Position numbers and translations under genes: made by a program. Of a stretch of 22,533 nt of DNA, positions 1-9,140 are shown one piece after another; the stretch's first letter is position 1, and the number at the start of each line of letters is the position of its first letter. Source of the DNA: Candidatus Auribacterota bacterium (GTDB taxonomy: Bacteria; Auribacterota; UBA6266); contig JAGLRQ010000101.1 in the NCBI GenBank assembly GCA_023136205.1, positions 1 to 22,533 on the forward strand, read 5' to 3'. The notes below the pieces were generated by a model. The model saw only the letters and a list, made by a program, of their open reading frames with translations. It made no database searches and was not told the DNA's origin.

Positions 1-2
1 TA

Positions 3-1049
3 GATGGTTATATACAACAAGTGTGTGAGACTGCTTTAAAAAAGGCTGTTGAAGATAATAATGCGATAGGTGGAAGCGCAATTGTTTTGGAGGTGAATAC
101 AGGGAGAATAGTAGCAATGGCAAGCAAGCCGGGATATTCATCTGCTCAGCCGGCAATGGATCCTGTCGAAAACAGAAGAAACAGGTGCATAACAGATATT
201 TTTGAACCCGGCTCGACTTTTAAAGTTATAACTGGAGCTGCCGCGCTGGACATGGGTGCTACAAAGCTTAATGATGTTTATTTCTGTGAGAATGGGTCTT
301 TTTCATATGGAGGGCATGTTCTTCATGATGTTCATCCTTATGGCAACCTTGAATTCAAGAAAGTAATACAAAAATCTTCGAATATCGGCATAGCAAAGGT
401 AGCTCTGAAAATGGGGGATAAAAACCTCTATAGATATTTGAAAAAGTTTGGATTCGGAGCAAAAACTAATATAGCTTTACCCGGTGAAGTTTCGGGTATT
501 TGCCACCCGGTTGAGAAATGGTCAAAAGTTAAGATTACAAGGATACCCATGGGGCAGGGAGTATCCGTAACCCCTATACAGATGATTACAGCATTTGGTT
601 CTATAGTAAACGGTGGTGTTCTTATAAAACCTTATATCATTGAGAGACTTGAGGACCCTGAAAGAAAAATGATAAAGAATTTTGCGGTAAAAACAAATAA
701 AAGGGTGATATCTAAAAAAGCCTCAAGAGACATAATTGAAGCGATGTGCGCGGTTGTTTCCAGGGAAGGTACGGCACCAAAAGCGTACATTAATGGATAT
801 TCAGTCGGCGGAAAAACGGGAACGGCGCAAAAGGTTGAAAATGGAAAGTATTCCAACAATAAGTTCTTTTCATCGTTTATTGGATTTGCTACCGCGAGGA
901 ATCCGGAATATGCGATTCTTGTGGTTATTGATGAGCCGCATCCCCGTTACTACGGAGGAACAGTTGCTGCTCCAGCGTTCAAAGAGATTATGGAAGTTGT
1001 TCTTAGTTATTATGAGGTGCCTGTAGACAAACCGGAAGAGATAAGCTGA
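3..1049 (+). CDS. ftsI: Class B penicillin-binding protein (PBP3/FtsI-type transpeptidase), C-terminal part; the 5' end lies outside the window
   Basis: The reading frame is open from nt 3, so the ORF track's GTG at 21 is internal. All three penicilloyl-serine transferase motifs are present: SxxK (GSTFKV), SxN (KSSNIG) and KTG (GGKTGTAQ). The gene sits immediately upstream of murE, as in canonical dcw clusters. The TGA stop at 1047-1049 lies 1 nt before the murE ATG. Confidence 0.9.
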   Translation, partial: DGYIQQVCETALKKAVEDNNAIGGSAIVLEVNTGRIVAMASKPGYSSAQPAMDPVENRRNRCITDIFEPGSTFKVITGAAALDMGATKLNDVYFCENGSFSYGGHVLHDVHPYGNLEFKKVIQKSSNIGIAKVALKMGDKNLYRYLKKFGFGAKTNIALPGEVSGICHPVEKWSKVKITRIPMGQGVSVTPIQMITAFGSIVNGGVLIKPYIIERLEDPERKMIKNFAVKTNKRVISKKASRDIIEAMCAVVSREGTAPKAYINGYSVGGKTGTAQKVENGKYSNNKFFSSFIGFATARNPEYAILVVIDEPHPRYYGGTVAAPAFKEIMEVVLSYYEVPVDKPEEIS

Positions 1050-1050
1050 A

Positions 1051-2487
1051 ATGAAAATCAATGAATTATTAGAAAAGCTAAACCTTAAAAGGATAAAAGA
1101 TTCGGATTCTGTTGAAGTAAAGGGAATTGTAGAGGATTCCAGAAAGGTGTTGCCGGGTTATATTTTTGTCGCGGTAAAAGGAGAGAAGGATAACGGAACG
1201 AAGTATATCGACGAGGCTGTAAATAGAGGCGCAGTTTTTGTTTTGGCTGATGGGAAGGAAAATATTAAACCTGTTATTCCTTTCGGCGCTGTAAAAAATA
1301 TAAAACGGGTTTCATGGAAAATGGTGTCTGAATTTTACGATTGCCCGGAGAAAAAACTGAAAGTTATAGGAATAACGGGAACGAACGGAAAAACAACAAC
1401 CGCCTTGTTAATTAAAAAAGTTCTTGAGCAGAATGGCAGAACATGCGGTGTTATAGGAACTATTGAGAATAGCGTGAGAGACAAAGTGTATAAAACAAAT
1501 AATACAACACCTGGTTCTGCTGAACTATTAAAGCTTTTTTACGAGTTCAGTGCCGCAGGGGCTAATTCTGTCGTTATGGAGGTTTCTTCGCATGCTTTGA
1601 AGCAGGACAGGACAGGAGAATTAGAATTTAGCGGGGCAGTTTTTACAAATCTTAGTCATGAACACTTGGATTATCACCAGACTATGGAAGATTATTTTTT
1701 TGCAAAAAAGAAGATATTTTCAAAAACGGAAGGTTTTATGCTTGCAAATTCTGATGATGACTACGGTAAGCGCCTTCTAAAGGATATTAAAGGTATGAAG
1801 TCTTACGGTTCTTCTGGTGATTACAGCTTTGAAGTTTTGAAAAACGATATAACCGGTTTGGAATTGGAAATACAGATAAACAAAAAATGGAAAGGTGTAG
1901 TCAAATCCAGGCTTATAGGACTTCACAACGCATATAATCTGCTGGCTGCTTTTTCAGCTTGTATAGAATTTGGGATTTTCCCCGGTGATGTGGTTAAAAG
2001 CATTTCAAAGCTGGACTCCGTAAACGGCAGGCTGGAAAAAATCCCATACAGGGCTCCATTTTATGTTTTTGTTGACTATGCTCATACGCCTGAAGCATTA
2101 AAAAACGTACTGGGTTCACTCAGAAAATTTTGTATAAAAAAACTAATTTGTGTTTTTGGCTGTGGCGGTAACAGGGACAGGAAAAAGAGGCCCAGAATGG
2201 GGAAAATCGCGGAAGAGTACTCCGATAAAATCGTGCTTACATCGGATAACTCCAGGTGGGAAGAGGCGTCTGTGATAATTGATGAAATACTTTTAGGAAT
2301 AACCGATAAGGAAAAAGTCTCTATCGTCGTCAACAGGAAAGATGCGATTGATGAGGCTTTAAATAATGCCTCTGAGGGAGATTTTGTGTTAATCGCAGGA
2401 AGAGGGCATGAAAAGTTTATGGAAGAAAAAGGGAAATTGATTCCTTTTTGTGACGCAGAGATAGTTAGGAGAGTAAAAGTTGTTTAA
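1051..2487 (+). CDS. murE: UDP-N-acetylmuramoyl-L-alanyl-D-glutamate--2,6-diaminopimelate ligase
   Basis: 478 aa Mur ligase with the P-loop GITGTNGKTTT. The C-terminal domain carries a DNPR-type motif, here DNSR at nt 2245-2256 within TSDNSRWEE. Positioned between ftsI and murF. Confidence 0.93.
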   Translation: MKINELLEKLNLKRIKDSDSVEVKGIVEDSRKVLPGYIFVAVKGEKDNGTKYIDEAVNRGAVFVLADGKENIKPVIPFGAVKNIKRVSWKMVSEFYDCPEKKLKVIGITGTNGKTTTALLIKKVLEQNGRTCGVIGTIENSVRDKVYKTNNTTPGSAELLKLFYEFSAAGANSVVMEVSSHALKQDRTGELEFSGAVFTNLSHEHLDYHQTMEDYFFAKKKIFSKTEGFMLANSDDDYGKRLLKDIKGMKSYGSSGDYSFEVLKNDITGLELEIQINKKWKGVVKSRLIGLHNAYNLLAAFSACIEFGIFPGDVVKSISKLDSVNGRLEKIPYRAPFYVFVDYAHTPEALKNVLGSLRKFCIKKLICVFGCGGNRDRKKRPRMGKIAEEYSDKIVLTSDNSRWEEASVIIDEILLGITDKEKVSIVVNRKDAIDEALNNASEGDFVLIAGRGHEKFMEEKGKLIPFCDAEIVRRVKVV

Positions 2488-3856
2488 TGTGGATATAAAA
2501 GAAATAGTAGAGGTGCTTGGGAAAAAAAGGCCTAAAGGAATTGAAAATATTCCTGCCAGCGGAATTTCTATTGACTCCCGTACCATATCAAAAGGGCAAA
2601 TATTTATTGCGGTAAGAGGGCAGAATTTTAACGGTGCTGATTACGCGGAGCAGGCTGTTAAAAAAGGTGCCGCCCTGGTAATCCTCCAGGATGAAAGAAA
2701 AAGATTGAAAGAGAACTTACCGTGTATTTTTGTAAAAGATACATATGACGCGCTGCAAAAAATTGCTTCCTTTAACAGGTCAAAATTTAACGGCCCTGTT
2801 GTTGCGGTAACCGGTTCAAGCGGAAAGACAATTACGAAAGAAATGTTGTCGGAGATTTTATCTGTGAGAGGAAAGGTTACGAAAACAGAAGGCAATAAGA
2901 ATAACCATATAGGCGTTCCTTTAGCGTTGCTGGACATCAATGAAGAAACGCGATTCGCGGTTATTGAAATGGGTATGAATCATATGGGAGAAATAAAGAA
3001 ACTTTCCGATATTGCCCGGCCGGATGTTGGCGTTATTTTGAATGCTCTGCGTGCCCATATAGGTTTTTTCAGTGATTTGCGGGGGATTTCCCGGGCAAAG
3101 GCAGAAATAATATCAGGGATAAAAGAGGAAGGTGTTCTTATCTTGAATGCGGGAGATAAAAACCTTCTTGACGCATGTGCTGTTTTCCAGGGAAGGAAAA
3201 TCCTTTTTGGAATTTCAGATAAAGCGGATGTTAAAGCTGAAGATATTCATGTCGATGAATTATTAAAGCCTTCATTTGAACTTGTTTCTGGGAGCCGGAA
3301 AGTATTGGTAAATCTAAGGCTGAGCGGTGTGGAGAGTGTTTTTAATGCCCTGGCGGCAGCTTCTGCCGCGGTTTTTCTCGGGTTTAAACTGCCGGAGATC
3401 AAAGAAGGGCTTGAATCTACGCGGACTTTAAAAGGCAGGATGGAGATCAGGATGGTAAAGGATATCACTATTATTGATGATACTTATAACGCAAATCCGG
3501 ATTCTGCTAAAGCGGCGCTTAATAATTTACAGGGTTTTGAAAGTAAAGGCAGGAAAATATTTGTTTTGGGAGAAATGTGTGAACTCGGCAAAAACTCACG
3601 CAAATTTCACAGGGAGGTTGGTTCTCATGCGGTTAAGTGCGGTGTAAGCATGATTATTGCTGTTGGAAACGTTGCGGCAGAAGCGGGATTAGCTTCTGTG
3701 CAGGGCGGTATAAAAAGTGAAAATGTACATTTGTTTGAATCAAATAATGAAGCAGGAAAATTCCTTGCTGATGAAGCAAGAGCCGGAGATGCTATTCTGC
3801 TGAAAGGATCCAGGCTTAGCAAGGTTGATGAGGTAATGGAATGGCTTGTTTCTTAA
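2480..3856 (+). CDS. murF: UDP-N-acetylmuramoyl-tripeptide--D-alanyl-D-alanine ligase
   Basis: 458 aa Mur ligase with the P-loop VTGSSGKTITKE and a DDTYNANP motif typical of MurF. TTG start overlaps the murE stop by 8 nt. Canonical position before mraY. Confidence 0.92.
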   Translation: MFNVDIKEIVEVLGKKRPKGIENIPASGISIDSRTISKGQIFIAVRGQNFNGADYAEQAVKKGAALVILQDERKRLKENLPCIFVKDTYDALQKIASFNRSKFNGPVVAVTGSSGKTITKEMLSEILSVRGKVTKTEGNKNNHIGVPLALLDINEETRFAVIEMGMNHMGEIKKLSDIARPDVGVILNALRAHIGFFSDLRGISRAKAEIISGIKEEGVLILNAGDKNLLDACAVFQGRKILFGISDKADVKAEDIHVDELLKPSFELVSGSRKVLVNLRLSGVESVFNALAAASAAVFLGFKLPEIKEGLESTRTLKGRMEIRMVKDITIIDDTYNANPDSAKAALNNLQGFESKGRKIFVLGEMCELGKNSRKFHREVGSHAVKCGVSMIIAVGNVAAEAGLASVQGGIKSENVHLFESNNEAGKFLADEARAGDAILLKGSRLSKVDEVMEWLVS

Positions 3857-3883
3857 TGGGGAAAGCAGGGGGGCTTAATTAAT

Positions 3884-4981
3884 ATGTTGTATTATCTTTT
3901 TTATCCATTAAGGGAATACTTTTTTGGATTTAATGTTTTTAAATATATAACCTTCCGTGCTGCATTTTCAGCTATAACATCTTTTCTTGTTGCGGTCATT
4001 CTCGGCCCGGCTGTTATTAGATGGTTGAAACATATGAAAATAGGACAGCATGTAAAGAAGGTAGAGAATGGTGTTTCGGTGTGGAATATGCACAAAGATA
4101 AACAGGGAACACCTACAATGGGCGGGGTGCTCCTTGTGATTTCTATTGTGGTATCTACACTGATGTGGGCTGATATATTAAATATTTATGTGTTTTCAGT
4201 GCTTTTTGCGACGGTATGGCTGGCACTTGTGGGATTTTTAGATGATTACCTGAAGTTGAAACATGAAAGTTCGAAAGGGCTGCCGGGCAGGCTTAAGCTT
4301 TTATCCCAGCTTCTTTTATGTGTGGTTTTAGGTTCTTTCCTTATGATATGGCCGTCCACAAGCGATAATTTTACGATCCTCACATTTCCGTTCATAAAGG
4401 TTGTTGTAAACATTGGTGTTTTTTATCTGCTGTTTATGATGCTTGTTGTGGGGGGAGCGTCCAATGCGGTTAATCTTACGGATGGGTTAGATGGCCTTGC
4501 CATTGGAAGTGTGGTAATTGCGGCCACAGGTTATGCAATTATGAGTTATGTGACAGGCCATGCCAATTTCTCAGATTATCTGCACACTCCTTTTATAAGC
4601 GGGACAGGCGAATTAACCGTTTTTTGTACTGCCATAGCAGGAGCAGGTTTGGGCTTTCTCTGGTATAATTCCCCTCCCGCTGAAATCTTTATGGGGGATA
4701 CCGGATCTCTTGCTCTTGGAGGAGCGATAGGAATAACAGCAGTTCTTATAAAGAAAGAGTTTTTGCTTGTAATTATCGGCGGAGTTTTTGTTATCGAAGC
4801 GCTGTCGGTTATTTTACAGGTGGGTTCTTACAAGCTTCGAAAGAAAAGGATTTTTCTTATTACTCCAATTCATCATCATTTTGAGATGAAAGGCTGGGAA
4901 GAGACCAAAGTGACAATAAGGTTCTGGATTATTGCAATAATTTTTCTTCTTTTGGGTTTGAGCACGTTAAAGTTGAGGTAG
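3884..4981 (+). CDS. mraY: Phospho-N-acetylmuramoyl-pentapeptide transferase
   Basis: 365 aa polytopic membrane protein. MraY hallmarks present: DDYLKL, NAVNLTDGLDGLA, FMGDTGSLALGG and the HHHFE motif (PIHHHFEMKGW). G-rich Shine-Dalgarno (agggggg) about 11 nt upstream. Confidence 0.95.
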   Translation: MLYYLFYPLREYFFGFNVFKYITFRAAFSAITSFLVAVILGPAVIRWLKHMKIGQHVKKVENGVSVWNMHKDKQGTPTMGGVLLVISIVVSTLMWADILNIYVFSVLFATVWLALVGFLDDYLKLKHESSKGLPGRLKLLSQLLLCVVLGSFLMIWPSTSDNFTILTFPFIKVVVNIGVFYLLFMMLVVGGASNAVNLTDGLDGLAIGSVVIAATGYAIMSYVTGHANFSDYLHTPFISGTGELTVFCTAIAGAGLGFLWYNSPPAEIFMGDTGSLALGGAIGITAVLIKKEFLLVIIGGVFVIEALSVILQVGSYKLRKKRIFLITPIHHHFEMKGWEETKVTIRFWIIAIIFLLLGLSTLKLR

Positions 4982-4985
4982 GGTT

Positions 4986-6347
4986 TTGGACATAAAAGGG
5001 AAAAAGATAATTATATTGGGTCTTGGCCTTAGCGGATATTATGCGGCCCTTCTCGCGAAGAAATATGGAGCGTCTGTTGCGGTTTCCGACTCAGGTTCAG
5101 GTGAAAAGATTATGGAAAGGGCGCGTAAGCTTAAGAAAAAGGGAATACAGGTTGAAACTTCACGTCACAGCGTGAAATTTTGTTCAAATTGTGATTTTTG
5201 TGTTGTAAGCCCGGGAATTATTCTTAATGAAGGGATTGTTGCCTGCCTGGAGAAAAAGGGAATTAAAGTGATATCGGAGATAGACTTTGCTTCCCGCGCA
5301 ACCGATTCAAAAGTTATTGCTATTACCGGAACGAATGGCAAATCCACAACAGCCGAGTTGGTCCTTGCAATGTTGCTTAAAAGCGGAATCAACGCGGACG
5401 CGGGGGGAAATCTGGGCAAGCCGTTTAGTCAGATGGTGCTTGAAAATCCAGGAAGAGAGGTTTTTGTTGTTGAAGTTTCATCATTTCAGCTTGAACGCTG
5501 TTTTGATTTTAATCCATATATTGCTGCTATCCTTAACATTGAACCTGATCATTTGGATCGATACAAGAATTTAAAAGACTATGTTTCCGCCAAAAAGAAA
5601 CTGTTTAATATTCAGAGAAACGGCTACAGGTTGTTCAGGGGGGCTGATGAAAAGAAAATTGGTTTGTCGGCAAAAAAAGGAGGTGCCGTATGTATAAGAG
5701 TTGGAGGAGATTTAACAAAGGGCTCGATTTTCGTAAAAAATGGATTGATTCAAATGCGATTAAGAAAAAAGGTAAAGTTACTTTTAAATCTCTCGATCTC
5801 AAAACTCATGGGAAATCATAATACGGAAAATCTTATGTTTGCTGCCGGGATTTCTTTGTTGTCCGGTGTGTCGTCCGCTGTTATTACTGAGGCAGTTGAA
5901 AATTTTAGCGGGCTTCATCACAGGATGGAACTGGTTGGAGTAGTAAAGGATATAACATATATAAACGATTCCAAAGCGACAAATGTTGATGCTCTTAAAA
6001 CCGCATTAACTGCCATTGATAAAAATATAATTCTTATTGCCGGCGGGATATGGAAGAAAGATAGTTTTAAAAAAATCCGCAATCTTGTGAAGAGGAAAGT
6101 AAAAATGTGTTTTCTTATTGGAAAACACGCGAATGTTATTAAGGCTCAGCTGAAAGGGGTATGTGAGATACAAAAAGTTGCAAGGCTTTCTTCAGCGGTA
6201 AAAGAGGCTTCGGAAATTGCGATACCGGGAGATACAGTTTTACTTTCACCGGGCTGTTCAAGTTTTGATATGTTTGCTGATTACAGAGAAAGGGGAGAGG
6301 TGTTTAAAGCAGAGGTTTTGAAAAGAAAGAAAGGAGGGAAAAAATGA
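4986..6347 (+). CDS. murD: UDP-N-acetylmuramoylalanine--D-glutamate ligase
   Basis: 453 aa. N-terminal Rossmann-like GLGLSGYYAA and Mur ligase P-loop ITGTNGKSTT. TTG start 4 nt after the mraY stop. Canonical position after mraY. Confidence 0.92.
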   Translation: MDIKGKKIIILGLGLSGYYAALLAKKYGASVAVSDSGSGEKIMERARKLKKKGIQVETSRHSVKFCSNCDFCVVSPGIILNEGIVACLEKKGIKVISEIDFASRATDSKVIAITGTNGKSTTAELVLAMLLKSGINADAGGNLGKPFSQMVLENPGREVFVVEVSSFQLERCFDFNPYIAAILNIEPDHLDRYKNLKDYVSAKKKLFNIQRNGYRLFRGADEKKIGLSAKKGGAVCIRVGGDLTKGSIFVKNGLIQMRLRKKVKLLLNLSISKLMGNHNTENLMFAAGISLLSGVSSAVITEAVENFSGLHHRMELVGVVKDITYINDSKATNVDALKTALTAIDKNIILIAGGIWKKDSFKKIRNLVKRKVKMCFLIGKHANVIKAQLKGVCEIQKVARLSSAVKEASEIAIPGDTVLLSPGCSSFDMFADYRERGEVFKAEVLKRKKGGKK

Positions 6348-6775
6348 ATTTTAAAAATATTTTCGGTTATTGCCTGGTTGGAACTGTATCACTGGTTTGT
6401 GTTTGGGGTTTAATAGGCGGCTGTAAAAGTGAATCGGGGATTTCTTTTACAGATGCGGATAAAAATTCTGTAAGTATAGAGATAGCAGAAGCTGAATTTT
6501 TTAAAGATGATAAGGAAGTTTTGGTTAGCAAATCTGAAATAGCTGCTACAGTTGATGAAGAAATACAGGTTGTTAATGATGAAGACCTTATTGTTTTGGG
6601 AAGTGAAGATGATGAACACGCATACGATTTTGACAAGGTTTACAAAGTGGCAAAAGGAGATACGCTCTGGTGGATTTCAAGAGAATGCGGTGTTAGCGTG
6701 GAAATGCTTATGGCGGCAAATAATATAACAGACGCATCAAGGCTTCAGGTAGGTCAGGAAATATTAATTCCTTAA
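6344..6775 (+). CDS. Small predicted lipoprotein with an acidic linker and a single C-terminal LysM peptidoglycan-binding domain
   Basis: 143 aa. N-terminal signal peptide ending in a lipobox-like LIGG-C (Cys27, +2 Lys). The middle region is D/E-rich. The C terminus YKVAKGDTLWWISRECGVSVEMLMAANNITDASRLQVGQEILIP matches the LysM consensus. ATGA overlap with the murD stop, and its own stop is 1 nt before the ftsW ATG. Confidence 0.75.
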   Translation: MNFKNIFGYCLVGTVSLVCVWGLIGGCKSESGISFTDADKNSVSIEIAEAEFFKDDKEVLVSKSEIAATVDEEIQVVNDEDLIVLGSEDDEHAYDFDKVYKVAKGDTLWWISRECGVSVEMLMAANNITDASRLQVGQEILIP

Positions 6776-6776
6776 T

Positions 6777-7928
6777 ATGCAGGGATATTTGTTAATGACT
6801 GTGGACAAACTTTTGATTTTTATAGTCATAATGGTTTTGTTGGGTATTGGTGTTCTTATGGTTTACAGCACCAGTGCCATAACAGCCCAAAAGCAATGGG
6901 GAGACGAATATTTTTATATTAAAAGACAATTTATGTGGATTGCTGTGGGGGTTGCCGCTTTTACAATAATGTGTTTTATTAACTATAATTTCTGGAAAAA
7001 AGCATCTAATATTCTCCTCGGTGCTACTGTCACATTGCTTATCTTTGTTTTGATACCCGGGGTGGGAAAAGTGGCCGGCGGTGCAAGGCAATGGCTTTCT
7101 GTAGGTTTCCTGAATGTTCAGCCTTCTGAAATAGCAAAACTAACTACAGTAATATTTATGGCAGATTTTCTTACCAGGAGGCAGAAAAAGATAAAAGAAT
7201 TCTGGTATGGATTTGTTCCTCCTTTTTTGGTTTTGATAGTTGTTGCTATTCTTGTCGGTATTCCGGATTTCGGAACGGCTATATTGATATCGGCAGTGAT
7301 ATTTTTGATGCTTTTGATCGGTGGCATTAGCTGGAAATATTTGCTTTTATGCTTTTTTGTTTCGCTGCCGGCGATTTGTTTTATGGTGAAAATAAAAGCT
7401 TACAGGCTTAAAAGAATTTTAATATTCCTCGACCCATGGTCAGATTCCCATGGAGCCGGGTGGCAGTTAACGCAATCATTTATCGCGCTTGGCTCCGGGG
7501 GGCTGGCCGGTTTAGGCCTTGGGAAAAGCATACAAAAAATGGGATTTCTCCCTGAGTCTCACACGGATTTTATTTTTTCAATCATAGGAGAAGAGATGGG
7601 TTTTTTCGGGGGGGGGCTGGTAATTACCTGTTTTGTAGTGTTTATGGTGTGCGGTTTGAGGATAGCTTTGCGTGCAAAAGATCTTTTTAGCCATTTACTT
7701 GCAATGGGGATTGTTTTAATGATAGGTTTGCAGTCTGTCATAAATATCGGAGTGGCGACAGGATGCCTTCCCGTGACAGGCATTCCACTTCCCCTTATAA
7801 GTTATGGTGGTTCTAATCTCGTGATTTGTATGGCTTCAATGGGAATCCTGTTTAATATAGCTACACGTCAGGATAAAGATATAGGAAGGCGTTTAAAAAG
7901 AAAAAGAGTTGTCAGATTCAAGAGTTGA
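6777..7928 (+). CDS. ftsW: SEDS-family peptidoglycan glycosyltransferase / lipid II-associated division protein FtsW
   Basis: 383 aa with about 10 TM segments. Typical FtsW/RodA C-terminal motifs are present (PESHTDFIFS, GxxP.TG.PLP.SYGGS). Positioned between murD and murG. An alternative start at ATG 6795 has a better-placed AGGGA Shine-Dalgarno, so the true start may be 6795. Confidence 0.9.
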   Translation: MQGYLLMTVDKLLIFIVIMVLLGIGVLMVYSTSAITAQKQWGDEYFYIKRQFMWIAVGVAAFTIMCFINYNFWKKASNILLGATVTLLIFVLIPGVGKVAGGARQWLSVGFLNVQPSEIAKLTTVIFMADFLTRRQKKIKEFWYGFVPPFLVLIVVAILVGIPDFGTAILISAVIFLMLLIGGISWKYLLLCFFVSLPAICFMVKIKAYRLKRILIFLDPWSDSHGAGWQLTQSFIALGSGGLAGLGLGKSIQKMGFLPESHTDFIFSIIGEEMGFFGGGLVITCFVVFMVCGLRIALRAKDLFSHLLAMGIVLMIGLQSVINIGVATGCLPVTGIPLPLISYGGSNLVICMASMGILFNIATRQDKDIGRRLKRKRVVRFKS

Positions 7929-7949
7929 GCGGAAAAGGAGCATGAGAAT

Positions 7950-9071
7950 GTGAAAGCGGTTTTTGCCGGCGGAGGAACCGGAGGGCATGTATTCCCAGCT
8001 TTGGCTATAGCCCAGAGATTGAAAAAAAATATTTCGGATTTTAAAGTAGTTTTTATTGGGAAAACGGGGAAAATTGAAGAAATTATCGCGAAAAAGAACA
8101 AATTTACTTTTTATGGTATTCCTTCCGGGAAATTTTCTGAAGTTCGCCTGGCCGAAATAAGCAAGTTTATTTTTCAAACAATTTCCGGGTTTATTAAAGC
8201 TGTTTTTATTTTAACAAAAGAAAAGCCTGATTTTATAATAGGTTGTGGCGGATATGTGTCATTTCCAACTGTTCTTGCGGCTATCTTATTAATGAAGCCT
8301 GTTTACCTGATAGAACAAAATAGTCTGCCCGGAAAGGTGAACAGGATCCTTGCCCCGTTTGCAAGAAAGGTGTTTTTTGGCATGCCTCTTGAATTTGATA
8401 ATAAAAAAAATAAGAAGTGGATTTGGACAGGCAATCCTTTAAGAGAGGATTTAGTCAAAAAAGACAGATCGGAAACTCTGAATTTTTTTAATTTTGATCC
8501 ACATAAAAAGTATATAGGTGTTGTCGGAGGTTCTCAGGGTGCGAGATTTTTTAATGAAATAATGCCCCAAACATTGAAATTACTTGGACATAAGATGGAT
8601 ATTGGAGTTATACATATTTGTGGAAAAGGCAATAAACGGGAAGTTAAAAAAACCTACAGAGATCTGGGGGTAGAAGCAAATGTTCTGGATTTTCTTGAGG
8701 ACATGGCTAATATGTATTCTTTAGTTGATATTATTGTATCGCGCGCGGGAGCACTTACTATATCTGAAATATCTGTTTTTGGCGTGCCTGCAGTTTTTAT
8801 TCCGTATCCCTATGCTGCCCAGGACCACCAGAAACTGAATGCTAAAAAAGTTTCCGGTTTTGGAGCTGCTGTCTGGATGCATGAAGCTGAGGCTAATCCC
8901 GATAGGCTGGCGGAAGCTATGGAAAATATTCTGAAACACAATGATGCCGCGGATAAAATGAAAAGTGCGTGGAAAAATTTTGTAAAAGGTGATTCTGTGA
9001 ATACTATATTGTCACATATCAAAGAGGATTTAGAGAATAGTAAAAATCCCTGCCTGCCCTTAGGAATCTGA
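7950..9071 (+). CDS. murG: Undecaprenyldiphospho-muramoylpentapeptide beta-N-acetylglucosaminyltransferase
   Basis: 373 aa. N-terminal GGGTGGHVFPALA motif and GGSQGA in the C-terminal domain. GTG start preceded by ggaaaaggag. Canonical position after ftsW. Confidence 0.92.
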   Translation: MKAVFAGGGTGGHVFPALAIAQRLKKNISDFKVVFIGKTGKIEEIIAKKNKFTFYGIPSGKFSEVRLAEISKFIFQTISGFIKAVFILTKEKPDFIIGCGGYVSFPTVLAAILLMKPVYLIEQNSLPGKVNRILAPFARKVFFGMPLEFDNKKNKKWIWTGNPLREDLVKKDRSETLNFFNFDPHKKYIGVVGGSQGARFFNEIMPQTLKLLGHKMDIGVIHICGKGNKREVKKTYRDLGVEANVLDFLEDMANMYSLVDIIVSRAGALTISEISVFGVPAVFIPYPYAAQDHQKLNAKKVSGFGAAVWMHEAEANPDRLAEAMENILKHNDAADKMKSAWKNFVKGDSVNTILSHIKEDLENSKNPCLPLGI

Positions 9072-9119
9072 AAGATTCCAAGGACTTTAGTCCCGGGAAT
9101 TCTACGAATTCCTCGGGGC
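9059..9119 (+). other. Two adjacent RNA-type hairpins in the murG-murC spacer
   Basis: Hairpin 1 is GGAATC-tgaaa-GATTCC (9063-9079) with 3 extra outer pairs; the murG TGA stop lies in its loop. Hairpin 2 (9090-9119) has about 13 bp around GGGAATTC-tac-GAATTCC(t)C, with one bulge and two G-U pairs on the + strand. Neither is followed by a U-tract. The murC Shine-Dalgarno (aggaagga) follows. Confidence 0.6.
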
Positions 9120-9140
9120 CGGTAGGCAGGAAGGATTAGC

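Noticed and set aside
9092-9112. CCCGGG (SmaI/XmaI) followed by two GAATTC (EcoRI) sites, which resembles a cloning polylinker or vector/adaptor contamination.
   Set aside because: The sites are the arms of a natural hairpin located between intact, correctly ordered murG and murC genes. Composition is continuous on both sides and no other vector-like sequence is nearby.
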